Assembly: GCA_964036045.1 (NCBI GenBank)
Contig: OZ038378.1
Coordinates: 7,998,001-8,062,000, forward strand
From: Eutreptiella sp. 'Long Island Sound 2002'
Taxonomy: Eukaryota > Protista > Euglenida
Direction of reading: 5' to 3'
DNA: 64,000 nucleotides
Shown here: piece after piece, positions 22,691-34,200 of the stretch
Layout of the letters: each line of letters starts with the position of its first letter
Position numbering within the stretch: the stretch's first letter is position 1
Position numbers and translations under genes: made by a program
The notes under the pieces: generated by a model
What the model was told of the DNA's origin: nothing
The model's input: the letters and a program-made list of their open reading frames with translations, nothing else
The model's database searches: none

Positions 22691-23668
22691 CTACATGTCT
22701 TCCAAACCTTCTTCTTGTTCCTCCAGGGGCAAGCCCTGTGGGAAACATTCCCTCATTCTCCTCCGCAGATAATCATACAAGTCTGGGTTTGCACCAATCC
22801 GCCCTTGGTAAATCGCCGAAGTGGGCACTGTCTTCACCTGGCTGCGCAATGAAGGCAAAAACAAGAACACCAAATTCTTCATGAATAGATTCATGACCCA
22901 GACAGGGGCATAGGGCAATTTGGTGTCAGCGCAGATCACAAGCTGCACGAAGGTCCTTGGGGTTGTGGTGCCAGGTGCAGGGGCTTCAGGCGTGAGCAGG
23001 ATGCCACTGGACTTGATATCTGCACGCACAAAATCCCCGGGATCCGGTATCTCTGCACCAGGAAATGTGCTGCAGCTGTTCAGCAAGACCACAATCTGAC
23101 GATGGTATAGCTCATGGGGGTCCATGCAATCCACAGCCTTGACATTCATAGCAATGTCGCGGTGGCTGACCGGCCAAGGCATTGTGGCAGCCAAATACGC
23201 CAGCAAATGGGTGGGCCGGGGCTGGGCCAAAATCTTGGCCTCCCGCAAACCACAAATCCACGTCTGTGGCACCATCCACCCAGGCCAGAGATCAATCTCA
23301 CACAAAATGGCCAACAAATCGAGTAATGGGGCTTCTACATACCCTTCAACCCGAATCAAGTGGAAAGGATGGGTCTCCTCGTCCTCACGAAACAATGTCC
23401 GGACCCCAAAGCGATCCGAGACGACGGTCCAGAGGTCATCAGAGCTCAACGTTTGACGCAAATGGGCCACTCGCTCCGCCTCCTGTCTGATTTCCCGAAT
23501 TGTTGCATCTTCAGATAGCCGTGTGTGTAGTGCTTGCTTCTCCTCTTCTGACAGAGCAGCAGTCTTGAGTTGCGCCTCAACATCACAAACCACAGCATGG
23601 GCTTGCAAGGTCTTGTCCTCTTTGTATAAATCAGAAGCTTTCTGGAGTTGCTGCACATATTGTTGCAT
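22691..23668 (-). CDS. START/SRPBCC-domain lipid-binding protein (single exon, 325 aa)
   Basis: Helical N-terminus, then START-like motifs LWTVVSDRFGVRTLFR, RVEGYVEAPLLDLLAILCEIDLWPGW, MPWPVSHRD, VRADI, DTKLPYAPVWVMN. ATG at 23668 in context CCACCATG. Confidence 0.9.
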   Translation of the reverse strand: MQQYVQQLQKASDLYKEDKTLQAHAVVCDVEAQLKTAALSEEEKQALHTRLSEDATIREIRQEAERVAHLRQTLSSDDLWTVVSDRFGVRTLFREDEETHPFHLIRVEGYVEAPLLDLLAILCEIDLWPGWMVPQTWICGLREAKILAQPRPTHLLAYLAATMPWPVSHRDIAMNVKAVDCMDPHELYHRQIVVLLNSCSTFPGAEIPDPGDFVRADIKSSGILLTPEAPAPGTTTPRTFVQLVICADTKLPYAPVWVMNLFMKNLVFLFLPSLRSQVKTVPTSAIYQGRIGANPDLYDYLRRRMRECFPQGLPLEEQEEGLEDM

Positions 23669-23751
23669 GGTGGGCACCCGCTGCTGTTACATGCACGATG
23701 ATTAATCCCGAAATAAGAATTAAGGTGTTGGACGCGTGCGGAACATGTAAA

Positions 23752-23774
23752 CGAAAATATAGACACTCAGAAAG
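23752..23774 (-). other. Near-perfect spliced-leader relic upstream of the START gene
   Basis: Minus strand CTTTCTGAGTGTCTATATTTTCG, 83 nt upstream of the ATG. It is not followed by a GT donor, so it is not an SL RNA gene. Confidence 0.92.
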
Positions 23775-24538
23775 CGTAGGAGCTTGGTAAGGGGAGCAAG
23801 ACCGAGGGGCAAGGACGGGGGGGGGGGGGGTTGTTCCATGCCACAGCGGCCTATGGCGGACGGAGGAGTGCGTGCACTATGCCCAAGTATGAGTGTGATC
23901 ACAGTGTTTCACACTGCGGGTGATAATCATTACCAAGCAGTCCCCCCTCGCTCCCTCCCTCCGACCCTCTGTTCCGCTGGCAGATCAGAATTGGCCTTTG
24001 GTCCTTGGCCCTTGATCTTGCAAATACGTGAAAAATGCAGCACACTGTCAGCAACACAGAACCCCACCTACAATACCCACAACAATCACACACCACTTGG
24101 TTGTGGAGCAATCCAATGACCCTTTTCTCCCATGTCCCCTGTTTTCCGCCCGTTTCCCCCAGTTCTCTCCATTTTTCATTCCACAACTCGCACAGTACAC
24201 CCACAGCCTCCCCATAGGGTGCACAAAAGCAGGATTTTGTGCTTCTCAGGCATACTTGCGCGCATTTTTCCACGAAACAATATCACTTCTCCCACTGAGC
24301 CCCATTTCCCACAACTTTCCTAAATTTGCCTATTTGGCAAATAGACTACCTGCCAACTTTCAGGACCAGGAACTTAGTGGTCCTGGTACATTGGATTCAA
24401 CATGTGGCGGGCATGCATGCATCATGTACATTTTGGCAGTAAGCCACTGTGGACAAAACTTTCCTTCTGATGCCTTTGGCGCCAATGGAAATAGTGGTCC
24501 CTTTCAATTGAGCCCCTTTCCCAAACCTCCTCCCCCCC

Positions 24539-25308
24539 CGGGGACTTGCTGGAGCGGGGGGGGGAGGCGGGGGAGGGGGTCCAGGGGGGAGCCCCCCCCC
24601 CTGCCGGAACATACCCAATCCACAGGGAACAGAAAAATTATTGGAGAATGAACAACTCAGCTCATGGAAATGTCATGTTGTCGGCCTTAAACAAAGAAAA
24701 TTCATCATTGAATGTCAATTCAGGGTTCCCACATCTCACCAATACACAACAACTACAACAAGGCGGGACATTCACCATCTCATGCCAAATGACAGTGATC
24801 TTTCTTGTCAGTCATAATTAGAATCACCTGAACTGGAGCCCCCATCGGTAGTGGAACTGGAACTCGAACTTGATGATAATGACGAATCTGAGACATCAGA
24901 CAAATTATGAGGCAGCGCCTCATCATCCACTGACTTTGGATCAGAGGGTACCTCGGCTTTTTGTCATTTATGACCGGTGATCCTATCTTTAAACCTAAAA
25001 TAGAGCAGCGTGTCAATTACGTCTTCGCGTTTTGCGTGTGGCAACGGTGGGACCGGGGAGCTGAAATACACTAACAACGAGCGTTGGGGCATGGTAGTCT
25101 GGAAAACAAGGTATATGGAGCACACATGGAGCAATATGTACACAGTGTATGGCATGCGCCGAAGGCGCCGAAAATTTTTTTCCCATGACTAAAAAATGTT
25201 CCCAAAACCCAGGTTTTCGGGTGCACTTGAGCTGAGGGGGGAGGGGGGGAGGGGGTCCGGGGGGAGCCCCCCCCCCCCCGCCGGAATGAAAATTAAAGCA
25301 AGTCCCTG
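24539..25308. mobile_element. ~770-bp non-autonomous TIR element (hAT-like MITE), family M2 copy 1
   Basis: Ends C(G)GGGACTTGCT / AGCAAGTCCCTG, flanked by C-runs on both sides. Colinear similarity at both ends with 40791-41542. Confidence 0.75.
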
Positions 25309-26349
25309 CCCCCCCCCCCCCCCAAGTCCCCCCACCCAGGACCCAACGAGGGTGGTTTAGTGGTCTTACACACCAGTGGCCGTAGGATCGAAGCTGCCGA
25401 CAGTCAGAACACCTACAAACACAACATAAATGTCTGGGGGTGGACCAATGGTGAAGTCACTAGGCGTGCACACTATTGGTCATGGGATCGAACCTGCCTA
25501 CCGTCAGAGTACCTGCCGAAGGACCGCAGCTATCAGAGCGGCTCCAACCCAAGCGATACTGTAGTAGAAAACCGCACTAGGATGGATCAACTTTTCCACA
25601 CACTACCATGCTGGGGGATAGTGTGCTCGATTCTTGGATAAGGACACCGCTGAGCTCATTGCGACTTGAGGGGTGTGTCTGACGACAGGAAAGTGGGATT
25701 ACCCTTGCAGCCGGTCCAACAGAGGTGGAGACAAGAGTGGCCAAGGACTAAAGGGGGAGGGGCACAGTTTGTTCCGTCTTGTGAAAATTCCCGACAGCAC
25801 CAATCATTTTGTAGTCACAACACTTGTCACAAAGCTACTTTTCAAACCACCAGTCATAGGTTTGGTAGCCACTTTTGATAGCCCTATCAGGTTTCTCAAG
25901 CACAACCCTGGTACCCAGCCCCCTTCCCCACAAGCGTGCAATACCCCCAACAGTGCATGATGGTTCACCCACTGGGCAACATGAGCAAGTGGCAGTTCAG
26001 TAATCAAGGGCTTATCAGAGACGCAACGTGGGACACAAGCAAACATGCCCTGTGCAAGCCGAGTCCAGACGACACCTTAGTGTGTGGCAAACCACACTTC
26101 GGCGCACACGGACGCATCTTCCCGCCAGATGTCGGCACACGTAGAACCACCCCCCCACCACATGTTGGCACACGCCAGTACACACCAATGTCGGGCACCT
26201 CAGAACAGTGTGGTATGCAGCCCAGGTGCATTGTTCGGATATTCGCACCACCCTACCAGATGGGCTGGACTGCATTGTAGCAGACCTACTTGTATCAAAG
26301 TGATCAGACCCAGTGTCTGAAGTACTGTCCCTAGATGCCTCCTCTGCAG

Positions 26350-26575
26350 CAATGCGGTGCGCATGACGTGCTGGCCGTCACTTTTTGGCTGATGCCCACT
26401 TCAGAACGGCACTATGAATGATGTCTCCGGCATCTTGTAAAGGCGGGCCCAACAAACGCACCACCAATTCGTCCTCCATTGTGCAATCTGCCAGATCGTG
26501 GCATCTATCTCCAGCAATCAGTTTAAGAATGGCACTGACACGTGCTGTGGTGTGAGACTGAGATGGACACTACAC
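26350..26575 (-). pseudogene. hAT transposase C-terminal (dimerisation-like) relic
   Basis: VVSISVS / frameshift / LKLIAGDRCHDLADCTMEDELVVRLLGPPLQDAGDIIHSAVLKWASAKK*R resembles hAT C-termini (VSxAxxERxFSxLKLI..R..L...L...GP.L......AV..W...K.R). Confidence 0.5.
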
Positions 26576-29371
26576 GCTGCTAGGTGTAGGAAAGGCATGC
26601 ACAAAGGGTCGTTTGCTAAACATCACAAACGTGCACGAAGTAGTCATGGCAATTAGCCATTTTAATGTGCCTTGATCTGGACCAAACCAATGGTTTTGCT
26701 TGTAGACTTGGGGCAGGGGTTGAGACACCCGTGGCAATTGTCGACCATCGCAACAGCCATCGCAATGTGGCTTGGCGCCCTATCCCGCAGCCACGGCAGC
26801 AAACAGGCTCACCAGGGGGTTGTATGCTGGTGAGGTGTTCAAAAATACACAAGGGGGAAAAAAATTGTACTCCACATCTGCCAAACGTCGGCACACGCGG
26901 GCCAAGCACTCTGCCAAACGTCGGCACACGCAAGCATGTCATCCAGCTAGACGTCGGCACATGCAGGCCCAACCTCCCGCCACACACTAACACAAAGTCT
27001 GGCCAAGTCACATCAAGTGTCTCCACCTCGAGGAAATTGGTCAAAGGTCCTCAAGGAAGGTCCTCAGGGCGGTCCGTGTCTCCATGTAGTATGCAGTGGT
27101 ATTCTTTGTCAGTCATTGATGTTGAGTGCATTTCCAACTTGGCAAAAACACTCATCAGTGCACCTCCTTACGTTTTGCTTTTGTGCACCACCCACTCCGC
27201 TGGAAGCTGTGCATCTCAACCCAGGCGTGGCCTTTCCACTGCACTGCAACTATTGTATCTTCCTTGCCTTTGGCACCATGGGTGCCTCAGGCGAGCGACA
27301 GTGTTCCCACCGCAGAAGTAATCAATCAAGGAGGGGGCGCCCCCTGTTGCACAAGCAAGGCCCAGTTCTGTTGTTGAGACATGGGCAAAAGGGGGGGGGT
27401 CCCGCCCTGGTTTTAAATGGAGCCACTCCCTTCAAAGAAGTCCGTTTATTGGTGGACCAGTTGACACTCTACAGATTACGAGGCCCAGGCAGCCTCCGGC
27501 TTGCTCTTTAGGACGAGATTGCTCTAAGCATTCGCTGCTGTTGGTGTTGTGTCTGGTCAGCCGTGATTTATCCAAAGGCCTGTTTGGCATTACTGCCTCG
27601 TTGTTCTTGTTGGTGCAGCCTGTAAGTGCCGCGCGGACGCCACTGCAGGGCCTCATGGATCCCCCCCAAACCCCTTGGGGGGCATGCCCCTCAGCCCTGC
27701 GGCAGCGCACACAGCCACAACAGAAAAGCGCAGGTTGCGAGACTATGCCTGCAATCCTCATGCACTGGTCAGTGAAAAACAGTGGTCAGACAGGGATTCC
27801 GTGCTGAGACAAGGCTGTGCTTACATCTGCCAAAAGGTCCAGCCCCATCCCACATCAGTACATCTGCAGAGGTCCCCAGTGGCTACCCGCTGCTGTTTTG
27901 GGGCAACGCTCGAAATGCTAACGAAGAGGGGGGAGGAGGGGTAGCATCAGGTGTGCACGCCTTGCGGACTGTCCCTCCTGGGCGTCAATGCCCAGAGGCA
28001 TCAGCGGAGGGAAAGGATATGTACAAAAGGCGTGACCAGAAGTCACACGGGGGTCAAGCGGGGGCCACATGGTGAAGTAGTCCGTGTGCAGCATCTGCTC
28101 GGGGGCACTGCAGACGTCATGGCCCCTGCGGCCCCACGAGCGCAGGCTCAAGTTCAGGGCGCCCGCAGTCCAGAGCGCGTCGGCGGGTGCACGCATTTCT
28201 GTGGATGTGGACGGTGGTGGAGTGGCCTTGTGTCCCTCACGCTTCTTGTGGGTGCACTTTCTGCGGGGAGCACTGGCCAATCTGCCACCCTCTCACTGAT
28301 CCCTCGGGCCCACCCACGTCCTCAGGGGTGACTGCCCACCACGTCCCCACGGCGCCCGTGGGAGGCGGCCACATTTGCTGCGTGACATCGTGGGACCCCC
28401 TCATATGTGATGGGCCACTCGGCAGCCCCCTCATCTCGTTCATGACTCAGCCGAGTGCCCCGCAGTGGGCGGAAAGTCTCGTGTCCCAACCCCCGATACT
28501 TGCGGCCGGGAGGATGCACACCAGCCCAGGTCGATGGTAGCGGGATGGACCATCATGCAACGTAAGACTCCAAGTCAGAAGGAGGGTCAGTGCGATGCGG
28601 TTGCCGGACCGCCAATTGCGGGTTGACGGGTCCGGGTGTGGAGTATCCCTTGCGGGACGTGGTCTTTGCCTGCGTCGTGGGGCCGGGCTAATGAAGAAGC
28701 CTCTCAAATCGGGCCCCAATGGAACTGCCTTCAGTGCGGCGGCTGTCAATCACCCATCGTCCCCTGTCGACCATCATCCGCCATCAGTTCACGGTGGCCA
28801 CGGTCAATGTACCAGTCGGTGCTTATCTATCGCCCACTGCCTTACCATGGAAGAACTCTCGCTCAGCCCTCAACTACCGTCGCCCAAGCGCTGTCGAAGC
28901 TCGGAAAAACGACAAAGGCCTGGATATCAAGTCAACCTCGACACCAAAGGGCTGCAAGGCCCCCACGCTCGGTCACTTTCCGACGTATTTGTGAAAAATT
29001 GACGTCTTTAAATGAGGGCAGACTGAAACATGACAACTTTGGGGGGAGGGGGGGGGGGGGCAGAGGGAGAAGCACCTGAACTCCCTTTAAGGACCAGACA
29101 ATCAGCTTTGCACATCCCACGTCCCATGTCCCATGAGTTGGCTTGCAAGCCCCCCCCCCGACCCGCCCCAGGGCCCACCAACCGTTTGGTAGCCGTCAGC
29201 CTTGCCTGCCCACCACGTTTCCTACCACATTAGCCGCTGTGGCAACCACCGTCCTTCGCCTCTTGCCCCTCAAGCGCATCCCTGGCCAAGGGACAGCCTC
29301 TGGCGCCATATCCGGTCACGTAAAACCCCCGCAGTGCACCACAACGGCCATGGGGGTGCACCACCGTTCCA

Positions 29372-31211
29372 TTAGGGCTTGGTGATGGTCCTTGCTGACA
29401 CCCGCGGTGCCCTCCGGCCGCTGAACGCCGTGCGGTGGGGCCTGCCCTTGACCGCCCCAGTGCGGGAGTTCGCCAGCGTTGAAGGGCCGTAGCGGGGCTC
29501 GCCCTGCGGGAGCGGCAGCCCCGTGACGTCCAACGTCGCGCCCGGGGTCGCGTCCCCACAGAACCCGCCGATCGTGCGGCTGCGGAACGGCAGCTTCCGC
29601 AGGTTCGCCGGGTTGACGCCGGTGCGCGGCCTGTGCGCCGCCGGCCTGCGCTCTGAAGGGTCGTCAAGGGGACCGCACAGCTGCGTCACGTTGGGCTCCG
29701 GAGGTGCGGGGGCCGGGGCCGGCGCGTCCGACTGCCGGGCCGCACGCCCCAACCGGAGATTGCGGCGGGTCTCGGGGTACCAGTCCCCCCGGGAGGCGAC
29801 CAACGGGGCGCTGGAGGGGCGCGGCAGGCGTTGTACGATCTGCACAAGCGGCGGGTCTGCGGTGGGCCGGGGCCCGGGCCCGGGGGCGGTTTCGTGAGGG
29901 GCCCGGGCCCGCGGGGCGGCCCCGGGGACTCGGGGCGAGCGGTCCAGCGCGTGGACCCCGAAGGTCCGGTGCGGGAGGTACGCCTCCGCATCGCGGCGCT
30001 CCACCTCCGGCACGTTCCAGTGCCGGAACGCCTCGTGGCTTTGGAGCCCCTTCCGCAGGGCCTTCGCCGCCTGCTGCGTCGTCAGCGGCTGCTGCCGCCG
30101 GCGCCCCTCGCTCTTGCGCCGCCCGAGATCCAGCGCGCGCGCGTCCGCGGCCGCCGGGGCGGACCGGGGGCGCGAGATGCGTCCCGGGCTGCACCGCGTG
30201 CGCCCCTGCGTCAAAGCTGCCCGGCCGGGCCGTGGGGCCCCGTCCTCTGCCCGGACCTCCTCCTCCTCCTCCTCCTCCTCCTCCTCCTCATCGTCCTCCT
30301 CCTCCTCTTCGTCCTCCTCCTCGTAACCCTCGTCCTCGGAGGTGTGCTGCGCCGCGGGCGGGTCGGGGGGCACCACTTCCGCGAGGTCCAGCAGCGGGAC
30401 AAACAGAGAGGCGATGAGGGAGGCGCTGCGGGTGCTGCGGCCCGTGGACGACAGGCCCGACGTGAAAGGGATGTAGGGGATGGGGATGGGGGGCGCGGTG
30501 TCGGTGATGGAGAGGTACGGGGACTTCCTCAGGGGCCACCCGGGGGAGTTCTCGACGAGGTCCATGAGGGCCATCTTGTGCGGGGCGGCGGACGAGGGGG
30601 ACGTGCAGCCGGGGCCGGGGGACGGCGCGCGGGTCTTGGCGGGGGACGTGCGGGCGGCCCCTTTCGGCGAGGCCGCCGCCGCGGGCCTGCCATCGGCGTG
30701 GGGCCGGGTGTGTAGGGGGCTGGGGCGTGAAAGGCTGAGTGTCGGGACGGCCGGGCCGGAGTTCACGCCCGCTTCCGGATTCCCGGGATCGGGTGGGGGC
30801 GGGTCCCGGGGAGAGGGCTCCGGGTCGTGGGCGGAGGAGGGCGCTGCCACTTCATGGGGCTGAGTGCGAGAGGGGCCCGGGGCCTGGGGCTGCCCCTCAT
30901 CGGGGGCCGGAGGGCCAGGGGCGGGCCCGGTAGTCGCAGAGTCAGACACATGGGGCCCGGCCTCTCCCGGGGGCACGGCAAGCGTCAGCACGTCCACGGA
31001 CACGGCGCTGCCGAGAGGGGACGCGGGGCCCTCGTACACGGAGGAGGGGGCCGCGCGGAGGGCCCCGTCCAGTGCCGCTGCGAAGGCCCCACACGCATCA
31101 TCCGACGCCGAGGGGCCGGGGCGCGGCGGCGCGCTGTCGGGGGCACGGGCGCTGGGCGTAGCAGTGGCACTGGCCCCGGCAATGGGGGACAAGGGGGCGA
31201 TTGTTGAAGGC
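29372..31211 (-). CDS. WD40 gene terminal exon 13 (Pro/Ala/Ser-rich with poly-Glu), or a separate gene
   Basis: Within the 646-aa ORF 29372-31312; CCGTAG|G phase-2 acceptor fits exon 12; acidic run EEEDEEEEEDDEEEEEEEEEE encoded by a (TCC)n tract at ~30257-30322. Confidence 0.7.
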
Positions 31212-34200
31212 CTACGGAGATTGGGGGGGACTGGCCGGGGGGTGAGCCCCGTAAACACCGGCGGTGAGCGGTGTGTTCCGGCGTAACCAGCCGCACAGCC
31301 ACGCCAGGGCATAGGGGCATTGGGGCGTAGGGGCAGGGGTTCTCATAGGAGCACAGGGGCACGGGCATACAGAGGGGGGGGGGGGTTGCCAGGGGACAGT
31401 TTCGAAGCGGATCACTTCGGAAGGGGAAACTTCGCCACCTTCAGGAATCCTGAAGCTTGCCGTTGTTTTGTGGTGGGCTCTCGATGGTTCCTCTTAGTTC
31501 CAATGCATTCCAGTCACACAACCGCTGCATGTTGCGAACAAACACATCTTTGTCCCTTCCCTCCGCCTGGCACACCGCTGCACATATCCGAATTCAGAGT
31601 ACTGGCCTACGTCTGAACTCGCAGTGAAGGTGTTGGCCACCCGCCGCGAAAATTTGGGCGGGGGGGAATTTCGCCACTTTTCTAAACGGCGAAATTCTCC
31701 CCCCGACCCCCCCTCCCCCCCCGTAGCAAGAGGGGCACGGGGGATGGGGCCGTAGGAGCACAAGGGCATAGAGGCCTGTGGGTGTAGAAGCACAGGCACG
31801 GGTGATGCCGGGCAGGGCGCACCGTGGGGGCATGGAGGCTCACGAGTGCGGCGGCGGAGCACAGGAGCAGAGGGCCCCCGGGACACAGGGGAGGGGGAAG
31901 GGCTCCTGGGATCAGAGGGGGCACAGGGGCCTGGGGCCATCGAACTGGCACAGAGGCACGGGGCACTGGGGCATCACCAGCCCCACGTGCCTACAAAAGC
32001 GGTGAAGAGGACTGCTGAGCTCCATTTACTCAGCGCTGTCCATTGGAATAAGTCGGAGCGCACAGCGGCGAGTGTGTCCCCCGTGCGTCCCCCGCAGTGC
32101 CATTGACCAGGCCCTACCCCCCCCGGGGGGGGGGGGCTGCACATGTGATGATGCGTGGACATGTGGGACAAGCTGCCGAACCAGACACCAGCCGTCCCGC
32201 CCTCCTTCAAGTCAACCAGCGCCGAGGGAGGGGGCCCGCATGCGTGCGCAGCCCTTGGGGAGGACCCACAACGGGGCTGCCGCGCGGTGCAGCCCCGGCT
32301 TTGCAGAGAGGCCAGGGGCCCAGCCCGAGGGGGACTCAAGAGCAACCTGCGGCCGAGCACCCATGACGACGTATCCTTCGATGCCTTCATGGCATCCTGC
32401 CAGGACGGGGACCCCACGGGAGGCCCGCCACCCGCCCGCCCACCGGCACCCGCGCCCAGCCGCAAATCGCCACCCCGGGGGCCCCCCGGCAGTGCAGACG
32501 ACCCCCCGGACGACCCCGCCTCGGCGGCGCGTAGGGCGCATTTCCAACGGGACTATGCCGCCCTGAATCTGGCCCAGGAAGTGATGCCACACGAGCGATG
32601 GCAGGGGCTGGGCAGCCGCAGAGAAGAGGCACGGAAGAGGCACCTGCCGAACAGCCTGGGACTGCCCATGTACCTGGGGCTTGTGAAGGGGCTGCAGGAC
32701 GGGGACAGGGCCCGGGGGGTCATGTACGACGCATGGCTCTGGTAGAACGCCGGGATCGTGCACTGGACGGAGGTCATGCCGAACTCCCCGGAGTAGGGCA
32801 CGCGGTGCGGGGCCCGGAAGAAGTTCTGCGCGGCCTTGTGCTTCCAGATCTCCCCCGGCGGGATCTCGCAGAAGTCACTCGCGACCGGCGCCGCCAGGGC
32901 GTTGACGATGCTCGGGGCGCTCCGCACCGTGAAGTAGCTGCGGGACGGGTTCTGTGGTGCGGTGCGCGGCGGGGCAGCGCTTGCGGGGGGAGGCGTTCTG
33001 GAGGGCCTTTGAGGGGGCGGTGAGGGGGGGGGGGGGGGGCAGCAAACCCATGAACGTCTGAAGGCGGTGGGGGCCGCATGACAGGGGGGCAGGGGGGGGG
33101 GGATCTGGATGACCCGGCCCAAGGCCGCAGGACCCAAGTACACTGAAGGACACAGCACCAGCGAGGCCTGCAGAAGGGCGGCCATGCGCGCTGTGCCCCA
33201 GCCAAGGGGATCCCCCGTTGGGTACGTGTGGGTCCAGACCCCGAGTCGAGGCCTGTGCCTTTGGCGGCCTCCGCGATCATGCATTACATGCTTGCGAAAT
33301 TCCTTGGGCCAAGTCCGTTGGGCGAGTTCCGTGGCAACGAGCTCTCAGAGTCACAATACCCGGTATGATGGGCCCTCTTTCCATGTTCGGTGCGCGCGTT
33401 GCTGTGCTGGTATGGTGGACGGGACAAGGACATGCGGACCCAATACCATATGCCTTCATGTGTGTTCTTCCACACGGACGTGCTGCGTTCGTCGCTGGGG
33501 GTGGCTCGTACCTTCGGGTGACCCACATCGCCCCCCCCCGGTCGGCGTGGGCTGAAAAGGGCAGTTTTGGGGCGTATTTTGGTGGCGAACGGCTGCAGCT
33601 GCGGGAGGGTCCTGATCGGTGCGGTGTGGGGCCCGTTGGGGTACTTGCATTCGTCCTGTCACTCAATGATGACCACCCTGTCCCAGACCAACTTGTGCCT
33701 GTGAGTCTTTCGGGATGGCTGTTCTGGGGTGACTGACCTGCGTTCCCTTGGGGGGCTGACCGCCGACCGCCGCGGTGGGCACTACAGCACCCAACCCTCC
33801 CCGACGCCCTCCTCCATCACATGTGAAAGCACCGGCCCACAATGCGGATGGGAACTGTAGTAGTGTGTCGTATCAAGCGGTGAACAAATACCGAGTTTGG
33901 GGCGGAACAACCACATCAAGTCCACAAAGCACGCACCACACATGCAGAACGTACACATGCTGTACATATCAGTCTTTGCCGTACCCTCCAGGCACACATC
34001 ATATTATCGCAAAACACGGAGCCTTGCAGCAATATGACCCACTCAAAAATGTGGCGGCACACACACAAACACAAATGGTGATCCAGATTCCTCGTGCTTA
34101 AAACTTCGGTGCCCGGGTGAAGAAGGCGCGTTTTCCGCATTTGACAAGACAATCCACTTTTCTCAAGGGTCATCATCACACAACCTTGGCACTTTGGCTG

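Noticed and set aside
23752-23774. SL RNA gene
   Set aside because: The SL exon is followed by TTTAC, not a GT donor and SL intron, and there is no tandem array or linked 5S gene.
27918-28200. GC-rich exon-like segment (ALWTAGALNLSLRSWG...HTDYFTMWPP) on the minus strand
   Set aside because: It has a plausible acceptor, but I could not link it in phase to any gene; left uncalled.
29523-31368. Many Arg/Gly/Pro-rich ORFs in other frames
   Set aside because: Shadows of the GC-rich terminal exon; stop codons are rare at this composition.
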